Shown: piece after piece, positions 18,261-29,214 of the stretch
Numbering within the stretch: the stretch's first letter is position 1
Layout: every line of letters begins with the position of its first letter
Assembly (NCBI GenBank): GCA_016432525.1
Contig: CP066693.1
Span: 96,815-160,814 of the forward strand
Direction: 5' to 3'
DNA from: Candidatus Woesebacteria bacterium
GTDB taxonomy: Bacteria > Patescibacteriota > Microgenomatia > UBA8517
DNA length: 64,000 bases
The notes under the pieces: generated by a model
Told to the model about the DNA's origin: nothing
The model's database searches: none
The model's input: only the letters and a program-made list of their open reading frames with translations
Made by a program: the position numbers and the translations under genes

Positions 18261-18893
18261 TCATTCAAACGGGTTGTGGATAGGTCGCATTCCTCCTGCA
18301 ACCAAATATGAAGAAGTCTCTCTATATATTCTCTTTGGATAATCTAAAGAAAGAACAACCATTGGCTTTGCCTGCTCTGTTGTTACATTCATAATATCTT
18401 CAATTATTTGTCTATGAAAAATGCTTGCACTTGAAATTTTATAAACCAAATCCAAAGAATTAATCTTGTTTTCCATTTTCGCCTCTTGTTCAGAATCAAC
18501 CGCAGCTTCTAAATATTTCTCAGCTTTAGTCAAAACCGAAATCCCTAAATCTGTTTTTTTGTTTAAAAAGAGGTACGAGGCAGCTCCCAACCTTTTATCC
18601 GCAAGCATTAAATAAAGTTCCGATCTTTTTGCAGGGTCAGTTGTGACCAAAATCCAAAGCCTATCTCTTATTACTTTTAGATTCCACAAAGGGTTATCAG
18701 GTAAAACATTTCCATGATAATAACTGTTAAATGCAATATCGTATACTAACTTATCAGAAGCATTTCTGTCTGGCTCAAAATTAGGAGGTTGGCTAAAATC
18801 ATAATGTATAGCTGAAGCCTTCAGTATTGAAACTGTGAGTACTAAAAAAGAAAAGGTCAAAACCACAAAAACTAAAGATAGTTTTTTCACCAT
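18261..18893 (-). CDS. Hypothetical secreted/membrane-anchored protein
   Basis: N-terminal signal/TM segment. 210 aa. No recognised motif. Confidence 0.45.
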   Translation of the reverse strand: MVKKLSLVFVVLTFSFLVLTVSILKASAIHYDFSQPPNFEPDRNASDKLVYDIAFNSYYHGNVLPDNPLWNLKVIRDRLWILVTTDPAKRSELYLMLADKRLGAASYLFLNKKTDLGISVLTKAEKYLEAAVDSEQEAKMENKINSLDLVYKISSASIFHRQIIEDIMNVTTEQAKPMVVLSLDYPKRIYRETSSYLVAGGMRPIHNPFE

Positions 18894-18974
18894 CGGGTGA
18901 AAATAATAATACTTTCTATTACTTATTGTGTCAACCCAAATAAAATACTAATCTAAAAAATAGTATAATATCTT

Positions 18975-21191
18975 GTGGCCAAAATAAATAAAAAGGCAAA
19001 GCCAAAAAGTCTTCTTTTCAGACTAAAATTATTTAATAAAAAGAAACTTTTTATTTTGGGAATTATTTCATCAATATTTATTGCTCTCTTTTGGATTTTC
19101 TGGCAACTCCCGCTCTCTACAGATCTTGAAAATAACGAGCCTGTTTCAACCAAACTTTTTGACAGAAACGGAAAGTTAATCTATGAAATCTACGAAGAAA
19201 AAAGGCGTTCTCCAATCCCCCTCAAAGATATTCCTAAATTTGTTAAAGAAGCAACAATTGCAATTGAAGATAAAGATTTTTACAGCCATCACGGAGTATC
19301 GGTTACAGGAATGATCAGAGCATTAAGAAACACTCTTTTTCAAGGGAACCTTCAAGGTGGTTCCACTCTCACTCAACAGCTTGTTAAAAATAGCCTTTTA
19401 ACTCCAGAAAGAACTGTCAGAAGAAAAATAAGAGAATTAATTTTAACCTTCGCAGTTGAAGCAAGATACAGTAAAGATCAAATACTCGAAAGCTATCTAA
19501 ATGAAATTCCTTATGGTTCAACCGCATATGGAATAGAAGCAGCATCAGAACTTTATTTCGGAAAAAGCGCCAAGGATCTTGATTTAGCACAATCTTCTCT
19601 CCTTGCAGGTCTTCTTCAAAGTCCAACTCAATATTCTCCTTTCGGAACCCATCCCGAACTCGCCAAGGAAAGACAAACTCAGGTTTTAGACCGTATGGTC
19701 GAAGAAAAATACATCACAAAGGATGAGGCACAGAAAGCAAAAGATGAAGAGTTACATTTCGCTGAAGCTAAAGCTCCACAAGCTCCTCACTTTGCACTTT
19801 GGGTAAAAGAACTTCTTGCTCAAAAATATGGCGACGCAGTCGTTGAAAAAGGAGGTTTAAGGGTCACAACAACTCTCGATCTTGATTTACAAAAATTCGC
19901 CGAAGATACAGTAGCAACAGAAGTAGCTCGCCTCAAAAACCAAAAGGTAGGAAATGGAGCAGCATTGATCACAATACCAAAAACCGGTGAAATCCTTGCT
20001 ATGGTAGGTTCAAAAGATTATTTTGCCAAAGATACAGATGGAAAAGTAAATATAATTTTTGCCAAAAGGCAGCCCGGTTCTTCAATCAAACCTCTAAATT
20101 ACGCCCTAGCCTTAAAGGACCACAAAATCACTCTTGCAAGTCCTCTTGCTGATGTCCCAACATGTTTTAATGAAATCGGTCAGGAATCCTACTGTCCCGT
20201 AAACTACGACGAAAAATTCCATGGTATTGTCCAAACTCGATTCGCCTTGGGAAATTCTTACAACATCCCAGCAGTTCGAGTTCTTGCCCTAAACGGGGTA
20301 GAAAATTTTATTAACTTTGCAAAATCAACAGGTATTACAACATTTACAGACCCCAAAAATTACGGCTTATCATTAACACTAGGTGGAGGCGAAGTAATGC
20401 CTTACGATATGGCAACGGCTTTCAGCGTTTTTGCAAATCAAGGCATAAAAGAGCCTCTATTTCCAATTTTAAAAGTCGAAGATTGGAAAGGAAACGTTTT
20501 AGAAGAAAATAAACCAAAACAACTAGAAGGCGATAGAATTCTAAATCCTGATATTACTTTTCTAATCTCTCACACACTTCTAGATAATAATGCAAGAGTC
20601 GCAGCATTTGGCGATAGCTCTTACCTTATTGTTCCAGGACATCCCGAAGTTTCAGTCAAAACTGGGACAACTAATGATAGACGCGACAACTGGACAATTG
20701 GATATACTTCTCAAATTCTTGCAGTTACATGGGTCGGAAATAATGATTACACCCCAATGTCAGGAGCAGTCTCTGGTGTTTCTGGCGCTTCCCCAATTTG
20801 GAATAGAATAATAAAGCAAGCACTTGATAAAGCAGAAAAAGGATATTATGACCCCAACGACAAAGGTCATTCATGGCCAAAACAACCCGAGGACGTGATA
20901 GGTCTAAATGTTTGTGCAACAACAGGCAATGTTCCGCAAGATAAAGATCATCCTGATTGTCCAACAAGATTCGAATATTTCCAAAAAGATAATATTCCAT
21001 CACAAGGTTCAACATTAAAGCAAGACATTCAAATCGACAAAACTCTACAAACACTAACAAGTTCCAAAACTCCACCTGATCAAATTATTACCGAAAACCA
21101 TCCAGTAATTTACGATCCCTTAAAAACCTTGGTTTGTCTTAACTGTAATCTCCCAACCGAGCCTGTAATCATAAATTACCCGATAAGATGA
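18975..21191 (+). CDS. Class A penicillin-binding protein (transglycosylase plus transpeptidase)
   Basis: GT51 motifs 'EDKDFYSHHGV' and 'GGSTLTQQLVKN'. Transpeptidase 'SxxK' in 'RQPGSSIKP'. Confidence 0.85.
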   Translation: MAKINKKAKPKSLLFRLKLFNKKKLFILGIISSIFIALFWIFWQLPLSTDLENNEPVSTKLFDRNGKLIYEIYEEKRRSPIPLKDIPKFVKEATIAIEDKDFYSHHGVSVTGMIRALRNTLFQGNLQGGSTLTQQLVKNSLLTPERTVRRKIRELILTFAVEARYSKDQILESYLNEIPYGSTAYGIEAASELYFGKSAKDLDLAQSSLLAGLLQSPTQYSPFGTHPELAKERQTQVLDRMVEEKYITKDEAQKAKDEELHFAEAKAPQAPHFALWVKELLAQKYGDAVVEKGGLRVTTTLDLDLQKFAEDTVATEVARLKNQKVGNGAALITIPKTGEILAMVGSKDYFAKDTDGKVNIIFAKRQPGSSIKPLNYALALKDHKITLASPLADVPTCFNEIGQESYCPVNYDEKFHGIVQTRFALGNSYNIPAVRVLALNGVENFINFAKSTGITTFTDPKNYGLSLTLGGGEVMPYDMATAFSVFANQGIKEPLFPILKVEDWKGNVLEENKPKQLEGDRILNPDITFLISHTLLDNNARVAAFGDSSYLIVPGHPEVSVKTGTTNDRRDNWTIGYTSQILAVTWVGNNDYTPMSGAVSGVSGASPIWNRIIKQALDKAEKGYYDPNDKGHSWPKQPEDVIGLNVCATTGNVPQDKDHPDCPTRFEYFQKDNIPSQGSTLKQDIQIDKTLQTLTSSKTPPDQIITENHPVIYDPLKTLVCLNCNLPTEPVIINYPIR

Positions 21192-21240
21192 GGCAATTTA
21201 CCCCTTTAGAAAAACAAGCATAATTGATATAATATAGGGC

Positions 21241-23403
21241 GTGAAGCGATCCCCTTTTGTTCATAATGTCCTATTTTTTATTGGAAATCCTTTTTTCAAA
21301 ATTTCTTATCTTTTAATAGCTGTAGCTCTTTTTATTATTTCATTGGTCGGCTCACTAACACTAGCTGCAATTAAAAATTTAATCTCAATGACAAGAAGTG
21401 TAAAAATAAGGATAGCAGCTTTAGCTCTCATCCTAATTTTGACAGTCTCATTCTATCAAAAAATCTTAAAAGATCTCCCTTCCCCTTCGCTATTAAAATC
21501 AAGAGAAATCGCAGTTTCAACAAAAATATATGATCGAAATGGGGCTCTACTATATCAAATTTTTAAAGATGAAAACAGAACTCCAATTAAAATTAACTCC
21601 TTACCCAAACATGTGCCTCTCGCCATTATCGCCTCCGAAGATTCAGAATTCATGTCCCACCATGGAGTTTCTCTAAAAGGCATCCTTAGGGCAGCGCTTG
21701 ACGACATCAAATATCAAAAACTTACAGGCGGATCAACCATTACCCAACAGCTTGTCAAAAATACACTTTTAACACCAGAAAAAACTCTCACTAGAAAATT
21801 AAAAGAGATGGTCCTTTCCTTAGAAATCGAAAATAAATATTCAAAAAACGATATTCTTGAAATGTATTTAAATGAGGTTGGTTTCGGTGGAACAGTTTAT
21901 GGAATTGAACAAGCTTCGTTAACTTTTTTTGGCAAAAACGCAAGCAATCTTGATTTAAGTGAAGCAGCTCTATTGGCTGGTCTCCCACAAAGCCCTAGTC
22001 AATATTCTCCTTTTGTCGATCCAAATTTGGCAATTCAAAAAAGAAATCAAATCCTTTCTCTAATGAGAAAGGATAATTTTATTTCTCAAAATGAATTCGT
22101 GAGTGCTCTAAATGAAAAGCTCGCATTCGCTAAAAACAAAATTGATATACTCTCCCCTCATTTTGTTATGTATGTAAAAGATCAACTAATTCAAAAATAC
22201 GGCATAGAAAAAGTTGAAAAAGGAGGCCTTGTTGTAACAACAACCCTAGATCTCAATATTCAAAAAATGGCGGAGTCATCAGTAAAAAATGAAGTAGATA
22301 AAGTAAGAAATCTTAATGTTAATAATGGCGCTTCCCTTGTTCTAAATCCCAAAAACAATGAAATATTGGCAATGGTAGGCTCATATGATTATTTTGATAC
22401 CCAAAAAGATGGAAATGTAAATCTAACGCTAGCTTCAAGACAACCCGGATCTTCAATCAAAGTCGTAAATTACGCCTACGCCTTAAGCCATAGCTATACT
22501 CCAGCAACTCTCCTGGAAGACACTCCAATAAGTTTCATCGTAGCCGGTCAGCCAATCTATACACCAGTTGATTACGATGGAAAATTCAGAGGCACCATAA
22601 GTCTAAGAAGTGCTCTTGCTGAAAGCAGAAATATTCCAGCAGTCAAAGTTCTTGCAAGCTATGGTGTTGACAATATGCTTACAGAAGGCCAAAAACTTGG
22701 AATTACTACCTGGAATGATCAATCAAGATACGGTCTTTCTCTAACTCTTGGAGGTGGGGAAGTAAGACTAATTGACCTAGCCACTGTCTATGCAACAATT
22801 GCAAATTACGGAATAAAACAAGATCCTAAATCCATACTCGAAGTAAAAGATTACAAAGGAAATATCTTAGAAAAAAGTGAGTGTTGTAACTCAAAAGACA
22901 CAGTCCTTGACCCCAGAGTTGCCTTCATGCTCATAGATATTCTTAAAGATAACACTGCTCGTGCTCCAGCTTTTGGATTAGACTCCGCGCTAGTCATTAA
23001 AAATCACCCAAACATAGCAGTCAAAACCGGAACCAGTAATGATTTAAAAGATAATTTAACAGTAGGATTTAATCAAAATTATGTTGTAGCCGTTTGGGTT
23101 GGTAATAACGACAACTCCCCAATGTCAAGAATCGCATCTGGTGTAACAGGTGCCTCTCCAATTTGGAACTCAATAATGACGAAGTTAGTTTCAGACGAAA
23201 AAGACACTCCTTGGCCAGTTCCCCAAGGAATAAACCAAATTGCAATTTGTACCAAAACCGCAACTCTTCCTTGCGGTGGCTGTCCAACAAAAATGGAGTG
23301 GTTTAAAACTGAAAACTTGCCGAAAAAATCATGTGAACCTAATAATTTGGCTGAGAGGGAGCTTCGTAAACTTCTGTCTTACCAAAAGGAGAATCTATTC
23401 TAA
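21241..23403 (+). CDS. Class A penicillin-binding protein (paralog, tandem)
   Basis: 'SEDSEFMSHHGV', 'GGSTITQQLVKN' and 'RQPGSSIKV'. GTG start per ORF track. The true start may be downstream. Confidence 0.85.
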   Translation: MKRSPFVHNVLFFIGNPFFKISYLLIAVALFIISLVGSLTLAAIKNLISMTRSVKIRIAALALILILTVSFYQKILKDLPSPSLLKSREIAVSTKIYDRNGALLYQIFKDENRTPIKINSLPKHVPLAIIASEDSEFMSHHGVSLKGILRAALDDIKYQKLTGGSTITQQLVKNTLLTPEKTLTRKLKEMVLSLEIENKYSKNDILEMYLNEVGFGGTVYGIEQASLTFFGKNASNLDLSEAALLAGLPQSPSQYSPFVDPNLAIQKRNQILSLMRKDNFISQNEFVSALNEKLAFAKNKIDILSPHFVMYVKDQLIQKYGIEKVEKGGLVVTTTLDLNIQKMAESSVKNEVDKVRNLNVNNGASLVLNPKNNEILAMVGSYDYFDTQKDGNVNLTLASRQPGSSIKVVNYAYALSHSYTPATLLEDTPISFIVAGQPIYTPVDYDGKFRGTISLRSALAESRNIPAVKVLASYGVDNMLTEGQKLGITTWNDQSRYGLSLTLGGGEVRLIDLATVYATIANYGIKQDPKSILEVKDYKGNILEKSECCNSKDTVLDPRVAFMLIDILKDNTARAPAFGLDSALVIKNHPNIAVKTGTSNDLKDNLTVGFNQNYVVAVWVGNNDNSPMSRIASGVTGASPIWNSIMTKLVSDEKDTPWPVPQGINQIAICTKTATLPCGGCPTKMEWFKTENLPKKSCEPNNLAERELRKLLSYQKENLF

Positions 23404-23596
23404 AATTTCCTTTTTCTATCGCAAAAAACAAAGAAAAGATTACGGTAATCAAAAAAACAATCGCAACTAAAATTCTTTCTTTCCTTCCCCATGGCAATTC
23501 TTTTTTTGAATTACGGTTTATCTTTCTCTTTCTTTTCTTAGGTTCTTCCTCTAATTCTTCTTCCTCTTCCTTTTTTTTCTTTTTGAAAAATAACAT
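23339..23596 (-). CDS. Small K/E-rich membrane protein (hypothetical)
   Basis: 85 aa with one TM. Its 3' end overlaps the PBP 3' end by ~65 nt. Weak call. Confidence 0.25.
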   Translation of the reverse strand: MLFFKKKKKEEEEELEEEPKKRKRKINRNSKKELPWGRKERILVAIVFLITVIFSLFFAIEKGNFRIDSPFGKTEVYEAPSQPNY

Positions 23597-24573
23597 TATT
23601 TGCGTCTATTGTCCCAAGTATCATTATTAACTAAATTTGAAGGTTTACGATCTGAGGCAAAATCAATTATTGCATTAATAGCCATCTCTCCCATCTTATT
23701 ACGAGCTTCGTGTGTAGCTGATGCAATGTGTGGTGTAAGTATTACATTTGGCATTCCAATAAGTTCAGGATTAATTTCCGGTTCATTGTCAAAAACGTCC
23801 AAAGCAGCACCGCCTAAATGTCCTGACCTAAGTGCATCCACAAGTTCATGTTCATCCACAACCGGTCCCCTTGCTGTATTAATTAAATATGCGCCAGTTT
23901 TCATTTTTGAAAGAGTATTTCCATTTATCATGTGTCTAGTTTCATCAGTTAATGGAACATGCAAACTCACAAAGTCAGATTGACTCAAAAGTTCATCCAT
24001 AGAAACAAATTTAAAACTTGAATTAGCCTCAGGATCAGGGTTTCGTTTTGTATATAAGATATCAACTCCCATTCCTTGGGCTTTTTTTGCTACCATCGTT
24101 CCAATTCTTCCAAGTCCAATTATCCCGAGTGTCTTCCCAGAAATTGTAGTTCCCAAAAATATATCTGGCTCCCAGCCTTTATACGCTCCATTTTTGGTTG
24201 CATAGTTTGCCTCAACTATTCTTCTTGAAAGTGACATCAAAAGAGCCCACGTGTGTTCCGCTACAGCCTCGTTTACATCATCTGATGGAGTATTACAAAC
24301 CAAAATTCCACGACTCTTTGCAGCCTCAACATCGATATTATCAAATCCAACAGCATAATTTGATATCAGCTTAAGATTGGGCCCAATAGCATCCATCATC
24401 TCTCCATCAATATGATCTGTCAAAAGTGACAAAAGTACATCGGCCCCCTTTCCATTGGAAATTAGCTCTTCCTCAGTTAAAGGCCTATCAAAAGAAGAAA
24501 TCCACACATCATTTCCCTCTTTAAGTTTTTCTAAAAAATTACCTGGAATTTTGCGTGTTACAACTATCTTCAT
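23596..24573 (-). CDS. D-isomer-specific 2-hydroxyacid dehydrogenase (glyoxylate/hydroxypyruvate reductase or PGDH-like)
   Basis: NAD-binding 'GLGRIGTMVAKKA' and catalytic-domain conservation. 325 aa. Confidence 0.8.
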   Translation of the reverse strand: MKIVVTRKIPGNFLEKLKEGNDVWISSFDRPLTEEELISNGKGADVLLSLLTDHIDGEMMDAIGPNLKLISNYAVGFDNIDVEAAKSRGILVCNTPSDDVNEAVAEHTWALLMSLSRRIVEANYATKNGAYKGWEPDIFLGTTISGKTLGIIGLGRIGTMVAKKAQGMGVDILYTKRNPDPEANSSFKFVSMDELLSQSDFVSLHVPLTDETRHMINGNTLSKMKTGAYLINTARGPVVDEHELVDALRSGHLGGAALDVFDNEPEINPELIGMPNVILTPHIASATHEARNKMGEMAINAIIDFASDRKPSNLVNNDTWDNRRK

Positions 24574-24576
24574 AAA

Positions 24577-25575
24577 TTAAAACTCAGTGACAGTTACTCC
24601 GCTACTTTTACATCTATCGAGCCAGCTGTCAATCTCCGACTCTCGAAGGAGTCCCTTTTGCGGCCCGGTATATCCAATAACAGAAGAAGAATTTGAAGTC
24701 CCCCACAAAAGTGCCTCAGAAAAATCCTTCCCTTTAATAACTGCAGATAAAAACCCAGATCCAAATGCATCTCCAGCTCCAGTCCTCTCATATGGATCAA
24801 TTGGTAAAACTCCTGCTCTTAAATATTTTCTGCCATCAAAACAAAAGGCTCCACTTCCTCCGTCAGTAATTACAGACATTTTAGGCCCCAACTTTCCTAA
24901 TGCCTCCAAAAGCTCTCGGTCATTTTTGTAAGAAGATTTAGAAAGGTTTGTTAACTTTTCAGCTTCTTCTCGGTTCACAAAGATAACATCAGTAATTGAA
25001 AGTATGTGAGATATAGAAGGAAGTCCTTTTTTAAATTGCCAACTTCCAGGATTAAATGCTAATCTCATTTCAGGATTTTTAGAAATCCATTCATAAACAC
25101 TCTTATAAAATGGCTCAAATGATTCTCCCATAGAAGTCAAATAAGTCCAAGAAGCAGAAGGTAAAGAAGAAGGAAAAACATAATTTCTCGGAGCATGATA
25201 AACAAATATTGTTCTCTCTCCAGAATAATTTATAACAGTTGAATAATTAGATCTACCTTTCTCATCATAGGATATATATTTAGTCTCAACTTTCTCGCTT
25301 ACCAGTGTCTCAACTACTTGCTTTGCAACTCTATCTCCACCAACAGTCAAAACTATTGCAGTCGCAACTCCAAATCTTGATGCTCCAACAGCATTATTGG
25401 CAGCATTCCCTCCAGTTGTAAACTCAAGCTCAGAAACAGGAATTTTATCCCCATAAGGAAAGCAAATCAAACATTCTTTTGTATCCAATTTGCATTGGGT
25501 TTCCGTGTCAGTTGGAGTTAAAAAAGTGTCTAAAGATGCATCTCCAATTGAAATAAGATCAAATTTATCATTCAT
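24577..25575 (-). CDS. PfkB-family carbohydrate kinase (candidate phosphofructokinase/ribokinase-like)
   Basis: 'GGNAANNAV' and C-terminal 'TGAGDAFGSGFL' PfkB signatures. Sits within the glycolytic gene cluster. Confidence 0.75.
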   Translation of the reverse strand: MNDKFDLISIGDASLDTFLTPTDTETQCKLDTKECLICFPYGDKIPVSELEFTTGGNAANNAVGASRFGVATAIVLTVGGDRVAKQVVETLVSEKVETKYISYDEKGRSNYSTVINYSGERTIFVYHAPRNYVFPSSLPSASWTYLTSMGESFEPFYKSVYEWISKNPEMRLAFNPGSWQFKKGLPSISHILSITDVIFVNREEAEKLTNLSKSSYKNDRELLEALGKLGPKMSVITDGGSGAFCFDGRKYLRAGVLPIDPYERTGAGDAFGSGFLSAVIKGKDFSEALLWGTSNSSSVIGYTGPQKGLLRESEIDSWLDRCKSSGVTVTEF

Positions 25576-26333
25576 GTTTTAAAGACTATGTCAGCAATTT
25601 GCTTTGAAGCCTCAAGTGGGTCCTTAGCTTGCCACATGTTCCGCCCTATTGCAAACCCAACTGCTCCAGCTTCAATAATTTGCTGTGCTGTATCCACTAG
25701 CTGTAAAGCCATTTCAGTTCTAGGTCCACCAACAACAAAAACTTTAGCCTTCCCCGCACTTTTGACAACCCATTTAAAACTCTCAACATCTCCAGTATAT
25801 TTTATTTTTACAGCATCGCAATTTAGCTCCAATGCAAGACGAGCCGAATATGCCAAAACATCGTGATCAATATCGTTAGGCACATGTTTTCCTCTTGGAT
25901 ACATCCATCCAACCACAACAAGCCCTTTCTCATGAGCTTCCCTCTCAACTTTAGAAAATTCCTGAATCATAGTTTGCTCATGCTCCGATCCTACATAAAT
26001 TGTGTATCCAACTCCAATCGCCCCCAAAGAAATTGCCTCATCAACATCGCAATTTTGAAGTGATATTGGCTCCTCTTCTTTGTGAAATGAAGTCTTTCCA
26101 TTGAGTTTGAGTATTAGAGGAACTCTATGTCTTGATGGATCATAATAATATGAAGCAATTCCTTTTTGACATGCAACAGCTGTGAAATTTCCATTATCTG
26201 CTATCTCCATAACCCAACCAGGATCAACACTTTTCTCGTCAAAGTCAACAGGCCCATGCTCAAATCCATGATCATAAGCAAGAATCATGCCGCGCCCATT
26301 ACGAAGAATACGGTTCACTATATCCCTTGTCAT
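25572..26333 (-). CDS. Class I fructose-bisphosphate aldolase, archaeal DhnA type
   Basis: 253-aa TIM-barrel DhnA-family conservation ('ILAYDHG', 'VKIKYTG'). Confidence 0.75.
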   Translation of the reverse strand: MTRDIVNRILRNGRGMILAYDHGFEHGPVDFDEKSVDPGWVMEIADNGNFTAVACQKGIASYYYDPSRHRVPLILKLNGKTSFHKEEEPISLQNCDVDEAISLGAIGVGYTIYVGSEHEQTMIQEFSKVEREAHEKGLVVVGWMYPRGKHVPNDIDHDVLAYSARLALELNCDAVKIKYTGDVESFKWVVKSAGKAKVFVVGGPRTEMALQLVDTAQQIIEAGAVGFAIGRNMWQAKDPLEASKQIADIVFKT

Positions 26334-26372
26334 TAGCTCAATTTAACATTTTTTGACTAAACGATCAACGAG

Positions 26373-27185
26373 GTGCTATACATAATTAAAGTGAAAAATA
26401 AAAGACTTATTTCTGCAATTAAATTAACCTTTATCTTCTTGATTCTATTAGCAATCGTTTTTACCCTAAAACTTATACAACAAAAACAAAACCTACAAAG
26501 TAGCGCAGCGGGAATAAACGATCTTAGGTCTTACTATCCAAACTACCAAATGTATCAAAAATATTATCTTGAAGGATTTAATTACGTAAACGGAAATAAG
26601 CAAAGAGCAGTTATCTGGTTTGAGCCTCAAGATAAATGGAGTTTCAGACTATATAATTATGCTCCAGAAGATCCCAATAGTAGATGTCATTACGACCAAC
26701 TTAGTTGGTGGGACGATGGATTTCTAAGATATGTTAAAACCCACAACGAATGTCCAGGGACAACTTCTAACGAAATTGTCTACGACCCCCCCATTATTTT
26801 TCTTCCAAGATATTGGAGCGAAAAAAAACCTTGGTCACTTAACAATCAATCAAATGCAACTTATTACGAAAACGGCCAACAGGTCTGTACTGGAGTAAAC
26901 AATTACACAGGATCAGTCATCGGTTGGGAAGAAATCGCGCCAGGTGTAAAAGCAATTCATTGGAGAACAACTCAAACAACAAACTGGAAAACAGGTAACA
27001 TTCAAGGAAGATGTTACGCCGGTTATACCACCAATTGGCAAGAAGATTACTGGTTAATTCCATCAATGCCCAAACAAGGTGGAGAAAGTGCAAATGCTCT
27101 TAAAAGAACAAAAGGAGGAAATCTAGACGTCCAGGCCGACTCCTGGGATATCTGGTTTGATTATTGGAAGCCCTTACCTAAATAA
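26373..27185 (+). CDS. Hypothetical secreted protein (W/Y/N-rich)
   Basis: N-terminal TM/signal. 270 aa. No recognised domain. Confidence 0.45.
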   Translation: MLYIIKVKNKRLISAIKLTFIFLILLAIVFTLKLIQQKQNLQSSAAGINDLRSYYPNYQMYQKYYLEGFNYVNGNKQRAVIWFEPQDKWSFRLYNYAPEDPNSRCHYDQLSWWDDGFLRYVKTHNECPGTTSNEIVYDPPIIFLPRYWSEKKPWSLNNQSNATYYENGQQVCTGVNNYTGSVIGWEEIAPGVKAIHWRTTQTTNWKTGNIQGRCYAGYTTNWQEDYWLIPSMPKQGGESANALKRTKGGNLDVQADSWDIWFDYWKPLPK

Positions 27186-27189
27186 AAAT

Positions 27190-28182
27190 CTACATCTTCC
27201 TTTCAACCACTCTCTTGCAAGCCTCAACAATATCTTTTGCCTTCATACCATATTTTGTAAGTAACTCATCTGGTTGCCCTGATTCCCCAAACGAATCTGG
27301 CATGCCAACAAATTCCATCGGAACTGGATAATTCTTAACTAAAACTTCAGAAACCGCTCCCCCAAGTCCTCCAGTTACTTGTTGCTCCTCAACAGTTACA
27401 ACACATCCAGTCAGTTTCGCAGCTCTAATAATTGTTCTTTCATCAATTGGTTTTATTGTATGGCAATTAATAACAATTGACTCAATTTTGCTTTTAGCTA
27501 AATCGCGCGCTGCAATTAAAGCTTCATAAGCCAAAGGTCCAGTTCCAATTATGGTTACCTGCGGATCGTTTGATTCCCAAAAAATTTCAGCCCTGCCAAT
27601 TTTAAAAGGTGTTTCCTCAGTAGTAAAAACAGGTGTCTTCTCTCTGGCAAATCTTATATAAGTTGGTTTGTCATTTTTAGCAGCCTCGACTGTCGCCTTC
27701 TTTGCTTCTATCGAATCACAAGGAGAAATCACAATCATATTTGGCATAGCTCTCATTATAGAAATATCCTCAAGCATCTGATGTGTTGCCCCATCAGGTC
27801 CAACAGAAATTCCTGCATGGGCCCCCCCTATTTTTACCGGAACATCGTTTAAAGCAATCGTAGTTCTAATTTGCTCCCAATTTCTTCCCGGAGAAAATGC
27901 AGCATATGAAGAAATAAATGGAATCTTTCCGTAATTTGCCATTCCAGCAGCAATTGTAGCCAAAGCCTGTTCCGCAACTCCAATTTCAATAAATCTATTT
28001 GGAAATTTCTCTTTAAATAAAATCGATCGAGTTGATTCAGTCAAATCCGCACACAAAACAACTACCTTTTCATCTTTCTCTCCCGCAATGACAAGCCCCT
28101 CCCCATATCCTTGTCTAGTCGGAATCTGTTCAATGTTTTTCTTAAAAATTTTTTCACTAAGTCTTACTTTAGAATTTATCAT
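27190..28182 (-). CDS. Transketolase, C-terminal (pyrimidine-binding) subunit
   Basis: Split transketolase subunit B. 330 aa. Confidence 0.85.
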   Translation of the reverse strand: MINSKVRLSEKIFKKNIEQIPTRQGYGEGLVIAGEKDEKVVVLCADLTESTRSILFKEKFPNRFIEIGVAEQALATIAAGMANYGKIPFISSYAAFSPGRNWEQIRTTIALNDVPVKIGGAHAGISVGPDGATHQMLEDISIMRAMPNMIVISPCDSIEAKKATVEAAKNDKPTYIRFAREKTPVFTTEETPFKIGRAEIFWESNDPQVTIIGTGPLAYEALIAARDLAKSKIESIVINCHTIKPIDERTIIRAAKLTGCVVTVEEQQVTGGLGGAVSEVLVKNYPVPMEFVGMPDSFGESGQPDELLTKYGMKAKDIVEACKRVVERKM

Positions 28183-28353
28183 TATAATTTAATGCCAGTT
28201 AGGTTAAACAAATAAATTTTCCAATTTGGAACCCAAATACAAATATCATAATTATCGCTTTTATAGGTATCTGGCGCACAACCCTCTCGTATCAAAACAA
28301 AAGCGACTATCGCTATCAATACAACTAAAAAAAATAAAACTATTTTTTTCATT

Positions 28354-29196
28354 TCATTCATGTTCTCCTTTAATTTTTCCTCCCAAAGTTCTCAGCTCAT
28401 GCAAAGCCTTCCTTGCCTCTTCAGCTGTTGGAGGCTTTCCATGCCATTCAGGTTTATTCTCCATAAAGTCAACTCCCTTTCCTGGGATTGTGTGGGCAAT
28501 AATAGCAGTAGGACGCTCATAAACTGCTCGAGCATGCGCAACACTATCAATTATTTCCTGCATATTATGTCCATCAATATGAAGTACATGCCAATTAAAC
28601 GCTTTGTACTTATCAACTAAAGGCTCTAAAGGCATTACATCTTCCGTAAACCCATCAATTTGAATATTATTTCGATCAACAAAAAGTGTTAAATTTGAAA
28701 GTTTATTTTTCCCAGCGAACATCACAGCCTCCCAATGATTTCCCTCTTCATGCTCGCCATCGCTACATATACAAAAAACTCTGAATCGTCTGTTGTCCAT
28801 TCGCGCGGCATATGCAATTCCGCATGATTGCGCAAGTCCCGATCCTAATGGTCCTGATGTAGTTTCAACCCCAGGAAGTTTTTTTCTCTCTGGATGTCCT
28901 TGAAGTCGGCTCCCCAGTTTTCTTAAAGTCTTAAGTTCAGTTATTGGAAAATATCCAGCATGAGCCATCGTTGCATATCTAACTGGACAAATATGTCCGT
29001 TGGATAAAATTAATCTATCCCGATCCTCCCAAAAAGGATTAGCAGGATCATGATGCATTATTTCAAAATACAAAGCTGCAAAAATATCAGCCATTCCCAA
29101 AGGTCCAGCGCTATGTCCTGATCCAGCCGCAACCAAACTCTTAATAATGTCGCGTCTAATATCGTTTGCTTTTTTCTCTAACTCTTCTGTACTCAT
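28354..29196 (-). CDS. Transketolase, N-terminal (TPP-binding) subunit
   Basis: 'GHSAGPLGMADI' and 'DGEHEEGNHWEA' TPP-binding motifs. 280 aa. Confidence 0.85.
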   Translation of the reverse strand: MSTEELEKKANDIRRDIIKSLVAAGSGHSAGPLGMADIFAALYFEIMHHDPANPFWEDRDRLILSNGHICPVRYATMAHAGYFPITELKTLRKLGSRLQGHPERKKLPGVETTSGPLGSGLAQSCGIAYAARMDNRRFRVFCICSDGEHEEGNHWEAVMFAGKNKLSNLTLFVDRNNIQIDGFTEDVMPLEPLVDKYKAFNWHVLHIDGHNMQEIIDSVAHARAVYERPTAIIAHTIPGKGVDFMENKPEWHGKPPTAEEARKALHELRTLGGKIKGEHE

Positions 29197-29214
29197 ATGG
29201 ACAGTTTTCCGTTT

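Noticed and set aside
23404-23600. Poly-purine/pyrimidine low-complexity run (ttcttcctcttcc...)
   Set aside because: It encodes the K/E-rich N-terminus of a small minus-strand ORF. Not a distinct repeat element.
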